Assembly: GCA_963812135.1 (NCBI GenBank)
Contig: CAWETU010000005.1
Coordinates: 288,001-352,000, forward strand
From: Vulcanimicrobiota bacterium
Lineage (GTDB): Bacteria; Vulcanimicrobiota; Vulcanimicrobiia; Eremiobacterales; Eremiobacteraceae
Direction: 5' to 3'
DNA length: 64,000 nt
Below, piece after piece: positions 9,775-18,275 of the stretch. Each line of letters starts with the position of its first letter. Position 1 is the first letter of the stretch. The notes below the pieces were generated by a model, which worked only from the letters and a program-made list of their open reading frames with translations, ran no database searches and was not told where the DNA came from. The translations under genes were made by a program, and so were the position numbers.

Positions 9775-10265
9775 CAGCGATAGTTGACGAACTGGACGGC
9801 GAAATCGAGCGGCATGCCTTTGACCAGATCGATCACCTTCTGCAAGTCGTCCTTCGATTTGCCGGTCACGCGCAGTTGTTCGTCTTGGATGCGCGTCGTC
9901 ACTTTCAATTTCGACTGTTTGATGGCTTCGGCCAGCTTCTTGGCCCGCTCCGTGGCGATGCCTTGCTCTACCGTGATCACCTGGCGGATCGTGCTCTGCG
10001 CGGCCGGCTCGGGTTTGCCGTACGAAAGCGCTTTGAGCGGCACGCCGCGCTTGACGCATTTGCTCTGCAAGATGTCGACGATATTACGCAGTTTGAGATC
10101 GTCGTCAGCGATGATCGTCACCGTCATGTCGCCGAGCTCGATGCTCGACTTCGAGTTGCGGAAATCAAAGCGCGTCGCGATCTCGCGTTGCGCTTGCGCG
10201 ACGGCGTCGGCGAGGTTTTGCTTTTCGACTTTCGAGACGATGTCGAAGGAGAACTCGCTACTCAC
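9774..10265 (-). CDS. yajQ: YajQ family nucleotide/c-di-GMP-binding protein
   Basis: FSFDIVSKV, RFDFRNSK, QLRVTGKSKDDLQ, QFVNYR. Confidence 0.95.
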   Translation of the reverse strand: MSSEFSFDIVSKVEKQNLADAVAQAQREIATRFDFRNSKSSIELGDMTVTIIADDDLKLRNIVDILQSKCVKRGVPLKALSYGKPEPAAQSTIRQVITVEQGIATERAKKLAEAIKQSKLKVTTRIQDEQLRVTGKSKDDLQKVIDLVKGMPLDFAVQFVNYR

Positions 10266-11095
10266 GCGGTCCGGTCGTCTGCGTGGGATGATTGGCCGCG
10301 AACTTGCGTTCCTCGACCTGACCGTTTTGGCCGAGCGAGCCGAGCGGCTTGCCGTCGATCGTCGCGTTCACGCCGCCGGCGTTGCCGGCGCGCAGCGTGA
10401 TCTCGTGCACCCCATGGAAGTCGCGCACCGTGCCGGCGGGCAACGTCTCATACACGACGCGCTTGCCGTCGACGGTGACCGAGAGCCAACTGTCTTGCGT
10501 GAGCTGCAGCTGCAAGTCGACGCCGTTCTGCTTGGCGCCGTTCGCCGCGCCCGCGCTGCCGCCGCTGAAGAGCGCGTCATCTTGCGGCGCTGGCGAAACG
10601 CCAGCGTCAGGTTGCGTTTGGGCTTGCGCGCTTTGCGCATTCGATTGCGCTTGCTCGCGCGGCGCCGGCGCGAACGTGTAATACAATACGGCAATGACGA
10701 GCACCGCTGCGAGCACGTAGGCACCGCCGAGCAGCCATCCATATGCAGGACGCGACTTGTTCGCCGTGATGCATCCGAAACGTGATCGGCTCGGGCTCGA
10801 TGACCGGCGATACGTCGGGCGCCTGCGTTTGCGTCGCTCGAGCGGCGACATCGGGACCCTGCGCCGGAATCGCTGCGTCGATCTGATCCGCGATCGTGGC
10901 CGGGTCGATGCCGACGAGCTTCGCGTAATTGCGGACAAAACCGCGGGCATAGATAGGGGGCCCGAGGCGCGCCCAATCCTCCGAGTCCATGGCGGTGACG
11001 AACTCCGTACGGATATACAGCTGACGCGCCGCTTGCGCGGCGGTCACCTTGCGCTGTTCGCGCGCTGCACAGAGCTGCTCACCTAAACCGGACAT
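10258..11095 (-). CDS. rodZ: RodZ-like HTH-TM-DUF4115 protein, frameshift near 10780
   Basis: LGEQL..AREQR..YARGFVRNYAKLVG N-terminus; TM segment and SWLSVTVDG..LRAGNAGGV..LGQNGQVE C-terminus in the next frame. Confidence 0.88.
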
Positions 11096-11201
11096 TGCAC
11101 CCTGCCGTCCGCGAAGCGCGGACAGAGTCGGAAAAGGACGAAATGGATGGGGACTGCCCCGTTGCAGAGAATTGGAGGAGGTTGCAACCCCTACCTCTGT
11201 G

Positions 11202-12380
11202 ATGCAGATGACGATATCGACGCTTTCGACACCCGATCATGAAACCTTAACCGCCGGCCGCTGGCCGGCGGGGTTTGCGCTTGCAGCCATGAGCGGCGGC
11301 GTCGACAGCGCCGTGGCGACCGCTTTGGCCGTCCGCGGCGGCGTGCGGGCGGTCGGCGTGACGATGCGGCTGTGGAGTCCTGGGGAAGGGGACCTCTCCG
11401 AGCGGGTCCGTCAGTGCTGTGGGCCTACCGCCTATGAGGACGCGCGCCGCGTGGCGGCCCGGGCCGGCATCGCCCACTACGTGGTCAACTTCGAGGCGGC
11501 GTTCGAGGCCGCCGTGGTCGACTATTTCGCGGCCGAATACGTGGCCGGGCGCACGCCAAACCCCTGCGTGGCCTGCAACAACCTCGTGAAGTTCGGCGCG
11601 CTGCTCGATTTCGCCCGCGCGCTCGGCGCGCAGACCATGGTCACCGGCCACTACGTGCAGATCAGTTCGGACGAAGCCGGGCCCCATCTGCGCCGCGCGG
11701 TCGACCGGACGAAGGATCAGTCCTATATGCTGGCCGGCTTGCGCCGGGATCAACTCGCCTCAATCGTCGCGCCGCTGGGCGCATATACAAAGGAAGCAAC
11801 GCGCGCGATGGCGCGCGAGCTCGATCTCGGCGTCGCGGAGAAACCCGACTCGATGGACCTATGTTTCGTCGACAGCGATTACCGCGGTTTCATCCTGCGT
11901 CGCCATCCCGATGCGGCTGCTCCGGGTCCGATCCGCACGCTTGACGGCCGCGAGGTCGGAACGCACGAAGGGTTGATCGCGTACACCGTCGGGCAACGCA
12001 AGGGTATTCCCACGGCGGGTCTCGGCGATGGCCCTTGGTATGTCGTGCGCACCGAGCGCGCCGAGAACGCCGTCGTGATCGGACGGCGCGAAGATCTCGC
12101 GCGCCGCTCCGTGCTGTGCAGCCAGCCGAACGTGATCCAAACCGGCGCCTTCGCATCCGGCGCGGCGACAGGCCTCGCCGTGTGTCGCTATCGCGGCGCG
12201 CCCATCGCAGCGACCGCGCGCTTGCTCAGCGACGAGCGTATGGTGGTGCACTTGGAAGAGCCGGCGAGTATCGTGACGCCCGGCCAGTTGCTCGTCCTCT
12301 ACGACGCGGCCAACTCGGAGGTGCTCGCCTCAGGCATCATCGAGCCGGACGACGCAACCGAACTGGCCGCGGCTTCGTAA
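11202..12380 (+). CDS. mnmA: tRNA 2-thiouridine(34) synthase MnmA
   Basis: AMSGGVDSAV, GRTPNPCVACN, TGHY, KDQSY, YTVGQRKG, TPGQ; start approximate. Confidence 0.95.
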   Translation: MQMTISTLSTPDHETLTAGRWPAGFALAAMSGGVDSAVATALAVRGGVRAVGVTMRLWSPGEGDLSERVRQCCGPTAYEDARRVAARAGIAHYVVNFEAAFEAAVVDYFAAEYVAGRTPNPCVACNNLVKFGALLDFARALGAQTMVTGHYVQISSDEAGPHLRRAVDRTKDQSYMLAGLRRDQLASIVAPLGAYTKEATRAMARELDLGVAEKPDSMDLCFVDSDYRGFILRRHPDAAAPGPIRTLDGREVGTHEGLIAYTVGQRKGIPTAGLGDGPWYVVRTERAENAVVIGRREDLARRSVLCSQPNVIQTGAFASGAATGLAVCRYRGAPIAATARLLSDERMVVHLEEPASIVTPGQLLVLYDAANSEVLASGIIEPDDATELAAAS

Positions 12381-12390
12381 CATCTACGTC

Positions 12391-13467
12391 ATGAATCTGG
12401 TTCGAGCTGCCGTCTTGGCGGCGGTGGCGGTCTGCGCGTTGGCGGGCGCCGCGCCGTCGACGGCCGGTCTGCGATCGTTCGACGGCGGCACCGGCTGGCT
12501 CAACTCGCCGCCGCTTACGCCTGGCGCGCTCGCGGGCAAAGTCGTGCTCGTCGATTTCTGGGAATACACGTGCATCAATTGCTTGAAGACGCTGCCCTAC
12601 GAACGCGCGTGGTATGAGCGCTATGCGAAATACGGATTCACGATCGTCGGCGTGCACACGCCGGAGTTCGCATTCTCCGGCGAGCCGGCGAACGTCGCGG
12701 CGGCGGTGAAACGCCTCGGAATCGCGTGGCCGGTCGTCATCGACTCGCACCACGCGATCTGGGATCGGTACGGCAATGACGCGTGGCCCCACGAGTTGCT
12801 CTTCGACCAGCACGGCAAGCTGATCGCCGATCACGAGGGCGAGGGCGATTATCCCGCGATGGAGCAGCGCATCCAACAAGCGCTGCACGCCACCAATCCT
12901 GACGCGCGCTTTCCGCAACCGATGGATTATCTGCCGCAAGACCGCTACAGCAAACCCGGCGCGGTCTGCTACCGGCACACACCTGAGATGTACGTCTCGA
13001 ACTGGCGCGGCGACGGCGTGCTCGGCAACGAGCAAGGCTACGCGGTCGGACATGCGGTCGACTATGTCGATCCGGGCGGGCATCAAGAAGGGCGAGCGTA
13101 TCTGCAAGGACCGTGGCTGCAGACCGGCGAGGCAATGGTAGGCGCGTCGGGTAGCGCGTCCGCACAGCACGTCGCGTTGCTCTATCGGGCGATCGAAGTG
13201 GTCGCCGTGCTCGCGCCCGCAGCTCATGCGCCGGTGCCCACGTTTGTGACGCAGGACGGCGCGCCGCTGGCGCGGACGGACGCCGGACGCGACGTCCGTT
13301 TCGACGCGCAGGGCCGGTCGTTCGTCGTCGTCGATGCGCCGAGGGAATATGAGCTGGTGATGAACAAGCACTTCGGCCAGCATGACCTGGAACTGCTTCC
13401 CGAGCATCCGGGGCTCGGCGTCTACACGTTCGATTTCGAGGCGTGTGAGGTGGGCGCAGACCGCTAG
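12391..13467 (+). CDS. Exported thioredoxin-like protein resembling the DipZ C-terminal part
   Basis: Signal peptide; GWLNSPPL, VDFWEYTCINC, VGVHTPEF, GEGDY, TPEMY, GVYTFDF. Confidence 0.85.
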   Translation: MNLVRAAVLAAVAVCALAGAAPSTAGLRSFDGGTGWLNSPPLTPGALAGKVVLVDFWEYTCINCLKTLPYERAWYERYAKYGFTIVGVHTPEFAFSGEPANVAAAVKRLGIAWPVVIDSHHAIWDRYGNDAWPHELLFDQHGKLIADHEGEGDYPAMEQRIQQALHATNPDARFPQPMDYLPQDRYSKPGAVCYRHTPEMYVSNWRGDGVLGNEQGYAVGHAVDYVDPGGHQEGRAYLQGPWLQTGEAMVGASGSASAQHVALLYRAIEVVAVLAPAAHAPVPTFVTQDGAPLARTDAGRDVRFDAQGRSFVVVDAPREYELVMNKHFGQHDLELLPEHPGLGVYTFDFEACEVGADR

Positions 13468-14056
13468 CGCTGCGCTGCTGGTGCTGTGCGCCTCGGCTGC
13501 AGGTTGCAGCTCGAAACCCCCGCCGACGACGTACAAGCCCGGTGTCGTGCCGGGGATCAGCGTCAGCCGGCTCGAGGAGCTGGTCGGGAAACCGGATAGC
13601 ACTCTCCCCTTCTCCCTGCCCGACGGCGTGTCGGCGCAGATCCTCGCGTATCCGTTCGGCCAAGTCGCTGTCCGCGGCGGACAGGTCAGGACCGTCACAG
13701 TCGCCGGCGACCAGTCATATGTCGGTCCGCACGGCGTGCGTCTCAACATGCCCGAGGATCAAGTGCTCAAAGCGCTGCGCGGCACACGCGCGAGCGGTCA
13801 TACCGACTCGTACGATGTGATCGTCGGCGACACCGTGACGCGCACCAAGGACTATTACGACGAGCACGGGCATGTGATGTACGAGTTCGCCGCGGCGAAC
13901 GCCAACGATCCGGAGGCGCCCTACAATCTCGTGAGCATCAACCTCGCCGACGCGGACGGTTTCAACTTCCTCGAAGACGTGGCCAAAGCCAAACAATCTG
14001 GCCTATACACCGGTCAGCACATCGACAACTACGTCTCGGAGCCATGGACGGTATGA
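13445..14056 (+). CDS. Hypothetical lipoprotein
   Basis: Lipobox-like SAAGC after a hydrophobic stretch; ATGA coupling to the next gene. Confidence 0.7.
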   Translation: MRWAQTASAALLVLCASAAGCSSKPPPTTYKPGVVPGISVSRLEELVGKPDSTLPFSLPDGVSAQILAYPFGQVAVRGGQVRTVTVAGDQSYVGPHGVRLNMPEDQVLKALRGTRASGHTDSYDVIVGDTVTRTKDYYDEHGHVMYEFAAANANDPEAPYNLVSINLADADGFNFLEDVAKAKQSGLYTGQHIDNYVSEPWTV

Positions 14057-14634
14057 CGGACGAACCTGCCAAGACCCCGCCATCGGATGAGTTCGGCATC
14101 AAGCTGCCGCCCAACGCGCGGGTGGCCGGTTTGCAATTCGACGATGGCGCCAACATCATGCGCGTTTCGTTCTCGGACGGCGGCGAGCATCAGGTCAAGC
14201 CGGAAGATCTGATCGCGTTGCACGGCGGGCGCATCCGCCACGAACAAGTCGTCTCGAGTCCAGGCAAGATCAGCGGCGCGCAAGTATTTGTCGCGGAGAC
14301 GGTCGCCGGCAGCACCGGCGCTGCACGGCTCTCGGCGGGAGAAATCGTCGCGACGAAAGAGGATCTGCATTTCGCGCTCGCGATGCGCGCCGCCGGCGTC
14401 GGCGAGTTGTGGTATCTGCTGGCGGACTCGTTCAACTTCCGCAAGGCGCTCGGGCCGGACGCGGGCTACTCGACCGAGATCAATCTGCGCGCGCTCGTGC
14501 GGCGTCTGGCGGCTTTCGCGCCGCGCGCCACACAGGACGGCTTCTTTGCAGCGGTGCTCGGCGGTTCGCCGCTGCCGCCGCCGGTGGATTCGCTGCTCGA
14601 GTTCATGAAGACCGTCGGCAAGGATCTGACGTGA
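14053..14634 (+). CDS. Hypothetical protein, tandem paralog 1
   Basis: ATGA overlap; shares DSFNFRKALG.DAGYSTE.NLR.LVRRLAA with the next ORF. Confidence 0.8.
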   Translation: MTDEPAKTPPSDEFGIKLPPNARVAGLQFDDGANIMRVSFSDGGEHQVKPEDLIALHGGRIRHEQVVSSPGKISGAQVFVAETVAGSTGAARLSAGEIVATKEDLHFALAMRAAGVGELWYLLADSFNFRKALGPDAGYSTEINLRALVRRLAAFAPRATQDGFFAAVLGGSPLPPPVDSLLEFMKTVGKDLT

Positions 14635-15185
14635 ACGACACGAGCGAGCCGCGCGAAGGGCTCAGCGTCGAGATGCCGCCGCATGCGCGGCTGGCAGGTT
14701 TGGAATTCCAAGAGAGCGCGGGTGCACTGCGCGTCGCCTTCACCGATGGCGGCGAGCGCACGATCGCGGCGGATCAGATCATCGCGTTGTGCGGAGCGAG
14801 CATCCGGACCGAGATGACGTCGCTGGCGGTCGAACAGAACACCTTCACCAGCGCGGTCGTCTTCCCGTTGGGCTCGGCGCGCGTCCGGCTTCATCCCGCG
14901 CCGCAGCTCTCGTCCGAGGGAGCGATGCTTATTCTGGCGCTGCGCACGGCGCCGCCGAGCGACCTGCTGTATCTCGTGGCAGACTCGTTCAACTTCCGCA
15001 AAGCGCTCGGCGGGGACGCAGGCTACTCGACGGAGATGAATCTGCGGACCCTGGTGCGCCGCTTGGCGGCGCTCGCGCCCGGCGCATCGTGCGACGATTT
15101 CGTCATGGCGATCATCCACCGCGTGCCGCTGCCGCCGCCGCTGGCTTCGCTTATGGAGTTCTTCAAAGCGAACGCCGCCGTCTAG
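14631..15185 (+). CDS. Hypothetical protein, tandem paralog 2
   Basis: GTGA overlap; collinear similarity with 14053-14634. Confidence 0.8.
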   Translation: MNDTSEPREGLSVEMPPHARLAGLEFQESAGALRVAFTDGGERTIAADQIIALCGASIRTEMTSLAVEQNTFTSAVVFPLGSARVRLHPAPQLSSEGAMLILALRTAPPSDLLYLVADSFNFRKALGGDAGYSTEMNLRTLVRRLAALAPGASCDDFVMAIIHRVPLPPPLASLMEFFKANAAV

Positions 15186-16264
15186 GCGGTCGCCAGCGCG
15201 TACTCTCGCTTGTTGAAATACGTGTCGCGCACGACCGGCGTGTAGCCGATTTGGCGGATGGCGCGCTCCAGCTCCGCGCGGTTCGCGGTATTGGTGCTGC
15301 CCGCAAGCGTAACGACCTTTTCTTCCAAGATCGTGCCGCCCATGTCGTCGCAGCCGAACATCAAGCCGAGTTGCCCGAGCTTGAGTCCTGGAGTCAGCCA
15401 TGATGATTGCAGATGCGGCACGTTGTCCAGATACAGCCGGCTGATGGCCAGCACGCGCAAGTACTCGAGTCCGGTCGCCTCTTTGCCCTTGAGCGGCGTT
15501 TTGAACGGCACGTAGTACCACGGGATGAACGCGGTGAAACCGTTCGTCTCGTCCTGCAGCCGCCGGATGACGTCCAGATGCATGATGCGCTCGGCATCCG
15601 TCTCGACCGACCCGAACATCATCGTCGCGGTGGTCGGCATCCCCAGGCGCTGCGCGATCCGCATCACTTCGATCCACCGATCGTCATCGATCTTGCGCGC
15701 GGAGATGCGTTTGCGCACGCGGTCAACGAGAATCTCAGCGCCGGCGCCCGGCAGCGACTTCAGGCCGGCTTCGCGCAGGGTCACCAAGACCGCCTCGATC
15801 GACATGCCCTCTTGCTTGGCGATGCCACAGATCTCGCTGGTCGACAGCGAGTGGATGTCAACCCCCGGGAAGCGCTGGCCGACCGCCTGGAACAGATCCG
15901 TGTAGTAGCTGATGGGAAGGTCGGGGTTGACGCCGCCTTGGATCATGATCTGGGTCGCGCCCTGATCGGCGGCATAGCGGACGCGCTCGAGCACCTGCTC
16001 GTGCGTCATGGTGTAGCCTTCGGCGTGGCCTTCGGGGCGGAAGAACGCGCAGAACGTGCAGTGCACGTTGCAGATGTTCGTATAGTTGATGGTCGTGTCG
16101 ATCACGTACGACACTTCGTCGCCCGGGTACAGCCGGCTACGGCGCTCGTGCGCTGCCGCGCCGAGATCGTGCAACGGCGCGTCGCGGTACAGCGCGATGC
16201 CCTCATCGAGCGTCAGGCGCCCGCCATTGGCGGCCCGTTCGAGCAATGCTGCGGTGTTAGACAT
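15182..16264 (-). CDS. mqnC: Cyclic dehypoxanthinyl futalosine synthase (radical SAM)
   Basis: NYTNICNVHCTFCAF, SLPGAGAEIL, TATMMFG, GFTAFIPW; clustered with mqnA and mqnE. Confidence 0.9.
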   Translation of the reverse strand: MSNTAALLERAANGGRLTLDEGIALYRDAPLHDLGAAAHERRSRLYPGDEVSYVIDTTINYTNICNVHCTFCAFFRPEGHAEGYTMTHEQVLERVRYAADQGATQIMIQGGVNPDLPISYYTDLFQAVGQRFPGVDIHSLSTSEICGIAKQEGMSIEAVLVTLREAGLKSLPGAGAEILVDRVRKRISARKIDDDRWIEVMRIAQRLGMPTTATMMFGSVETDAERIMHLDVIRRLQDETNGFTAFIPWYYVPFKTPLKGKEATGLEYLRVLAISRLYLDNVPHLQSSWLTPGLKLGQLGLMFGCDDMGGTILEEKVVTLAGSTNTANRAELERAIRQIGYTPVVRDTYFNKREYALATA

Positions 16265-17132
16265 CGTAGACGAACTCCGTCGTCTCCCAGGTCTCCGGGA
16301 TTCGGAGCGCGGGGTCGAGGACGCCGCAGGCTTGCGCCAGGGCGCAGAACTTGCCGAAGCCAAGCTGGGCGCGCTCGTCGTACGAGTAGTTGAGCGCCTC
16401 GTAGTACGCTTCGTAGAATCCAGGCGGCCTTGGGCGCTGAGTTTGCGCGAGCCGGATGACGTCAGCCTTGTGCCGGCGCCCGTATGTCAGCGAAGCCAGC
16501 AAGGCGCGTTGTATTTTGCCGCTGCCGGCATCCGCGCCGGCCTGCATCTCTCGCTCCATCGTATCTTTACGCATCGCCCAAACGGCGTAGACCATGTCGG
16601 CTCCGGTGAAGCCGTGCCACAGCTCGCCGATATCGTGAGCGTGTTCCGGATGGGCAAGCGCGGCGTCGATCGCCGCGTCGCCGATGAGCACGCACGGCGT
16701 GCCGGTGCGTCGAAACTCCGCGAGCGGGTCGGCGCTTGGTTCGAAAGCCGGAGTGAACCCGTAGCCGGTGCGGCAGATGACGTCGAACAGCGCTCGTCCC
16801 GTCGCCGAATCGGTGGTCACCGCGATGGGCGCGCCGGCAAGCTCTCGCGGATGCGTGCGGCTGATGCACTGGATGCTCTTGGCTTCGCGCCGCGAGCCGA
16901 TGCACACGCCGCTCAACTTGACCAGCTCGTCGACGTGCTGCGCGTAGAAGAACGATGACACAGGACTGATGTCCAGCTCGCCCGCGAGCAGCGCGCGGTT
17001 CAGCGCGCTCGGGACGTCGGCGTGCAGCGTGCCCGGGAATTCCAGCGCACCGAGATCGAACGCGGCGTAGACCGGCAAATCGTTGGTGTAGCTGATGCGC
17101 CCGCAGCGCGGGAGCCGTGCCGTCGCGTCCAC
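16257..17132 (-). CDS. mqnA: Chorismate dehydratase (futalosine pathway)
   Basis: GRISYTNDLPVY, PSALNRALLAGELDISPVSS, LIGDAA, MVYAVWA. Confidence 0.9.
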   Translation of the reverse strand: MDATARLPRCGRISYTNDLPVYAAFDLGALEFPGTLHADVPSALNRALLAGELDISPVSSFFYAQHVDELVKLSGVCIGSRREAKSIQCISRTHPRELAGAPIAVTTDSATGRALFDVICRTGYGFTPAFEPSADPLAEFRRTGTPCVLIGDAAIDAALAHPEHAHDIGELWHGFTGADMVYAVWAMRKDTMEREMQAGADAGSGKIQRALLASLTYGRRHKADVIRLAQTQRPRPPGFYEAYYEALNYSYDERAQLGFGKFCALAQACGVLDPALRIPETWETTEFVYDV

Positions 17133-17136
17133 GGTT

Positions 17137-18222
17137 CTAGACCGGTTCCAGGACGCGATACAGCAGGTTGCGCCGCGTCGGTTCGAAGCCTGCTTCCTCG
17201 ATGGCGCGCTTGAGATCGGAAAGCGGCGTCCCTTGATCGGTCTTGCTGCCGGCGTCGCGATAGATGCGCTGCTCGTTGTTGACGGGGCCGTCGATGTCGT
17301 CGGCGCCGAAGTTCAGTCCGAGCTGCGCCATCTTGATGCCATACGAGATCCAGTACGCCTTCACGTGATCGATGTTGTCGAGCATGAGGCGTGAGACCGC
17401 GATCGTGCGCAGGTCGTCGACGCCGCCCGTCCAGCCGTATTCATGCAGCTCGTTTTCTTCCGGATGGAACGCCAGCGGCACGAAACACTTGAAGCCGCCC
17501 GTCTCGGCCTGCAATTCTCGCAGTAAGGCTAGGTGCTCCACGCGCTCTTCGAGCGTCTCGACGTGCCCGTAGAGCATGGTGCAATTCGTCTTCATGCCAA
17601 GCCGATGCGCGACGCGGTGCACTTCGAGCCATTCTTCGGCCGTCGCCTTGCGCGGGCACACGAGGTCGCGCACGCGCTTCACGAGGATCTCGGCGCCGCC
17701 ACCGTTGAGCGAGGTGACGCCGGCATCGCGCAGCTGGGTCAGACCCTCTTCATACGAGCAACGCGCGCGCTTGCACATGTAGTCGATCTCGGCGGCGGTG
17801 AACAGCGCGAGTTGCACGTGCGGGATGCGTTCGTGCATCGTCGCGATCACCGGCAGCCAGAACTCGAGGCTCGTCTGCTTTGGATCGTGGCCGCCGACGA
17901 TGTGCAGCTCGTCGTAATCGGCCGGCTCGGCGCACGCCTTCTCGAGGATCTGCTCGGCCGTCCAGCGATACGCGCGCGGATCTTTCTCCCACGCCGCGAA
18001 CGAGCAAAACTTGCAATCCGCGTAGCAGACGTTGGTGGTGTTCAGGTAACGCTTGAAGACGTAGTACGCTCGCCGGCCGTTTTTCTCGGTGCGCACTTCA
18101 TGCGCGAGTTTGCCGACTTGGTGAAACGGCGCATCGGTGAACAGATACAGCCCCTCGGCGCGGTCGAGCGGCTCGTGGGCGCGCACCTTCTCGGCGATCG
18201 ACTGGAAGCGCGTGTCGGGCAT
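17137..18222 (-). CDS. mqnE: Aminofutalosine synthase (radical SAM)
   Basis: TNVCYADCKFCSF, ELHIVGG, NCTMLYGHVE, DHVKAYW, FGADDIDG. Confidence 0.88.
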   Translation of the reverse strand: MPDTRFQSIAEKVRAHEPLDRAEGLYLFTDAPFHQVGKLAHEVRTEKNGRRAYYVFKRYLNTTNVCYADCKFCSFAAWEKDPRAYRWTAEQILEKACAEPADYDELHIVGGHDPKQTSLEFWLPVIATMHERIPHVQLALFTAAEIDYMCKRARCSYEEGLTQLRDAGVTSLNGGGAEILVKRVRDLVCPRKATAEEWLEVHRVAHRLGMKTNCTMLYGHVETLEERVEHLALLRELQAETGGFKCFVPLAFHPEENELHEYGWTGGVDDLRTIAVSRLMLDNIDHVKAYWISYGIKMAQLGLNFGADDIDGPVNNEQRIYRDAGSKTDQGTPLSDLKRAIEEAGFEPTRRNLLYRVLEPV

Positions 18223-18275
18223 CGTTCGAGGCGGTTCGGCGCGCCGCGAAGCGCTGCCTGTGCGGTGCGGCTGTG

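Noticed and set aside
7513..10059. Apparent 848-aa RimO-LCP fusion ORF
   Set aside because: The junction is an ATGA overlap (8373-8376) typical of coupled genes; one indel explains it in an error-rich sequence, and the ORF's N-terminus overlaps yajQ.
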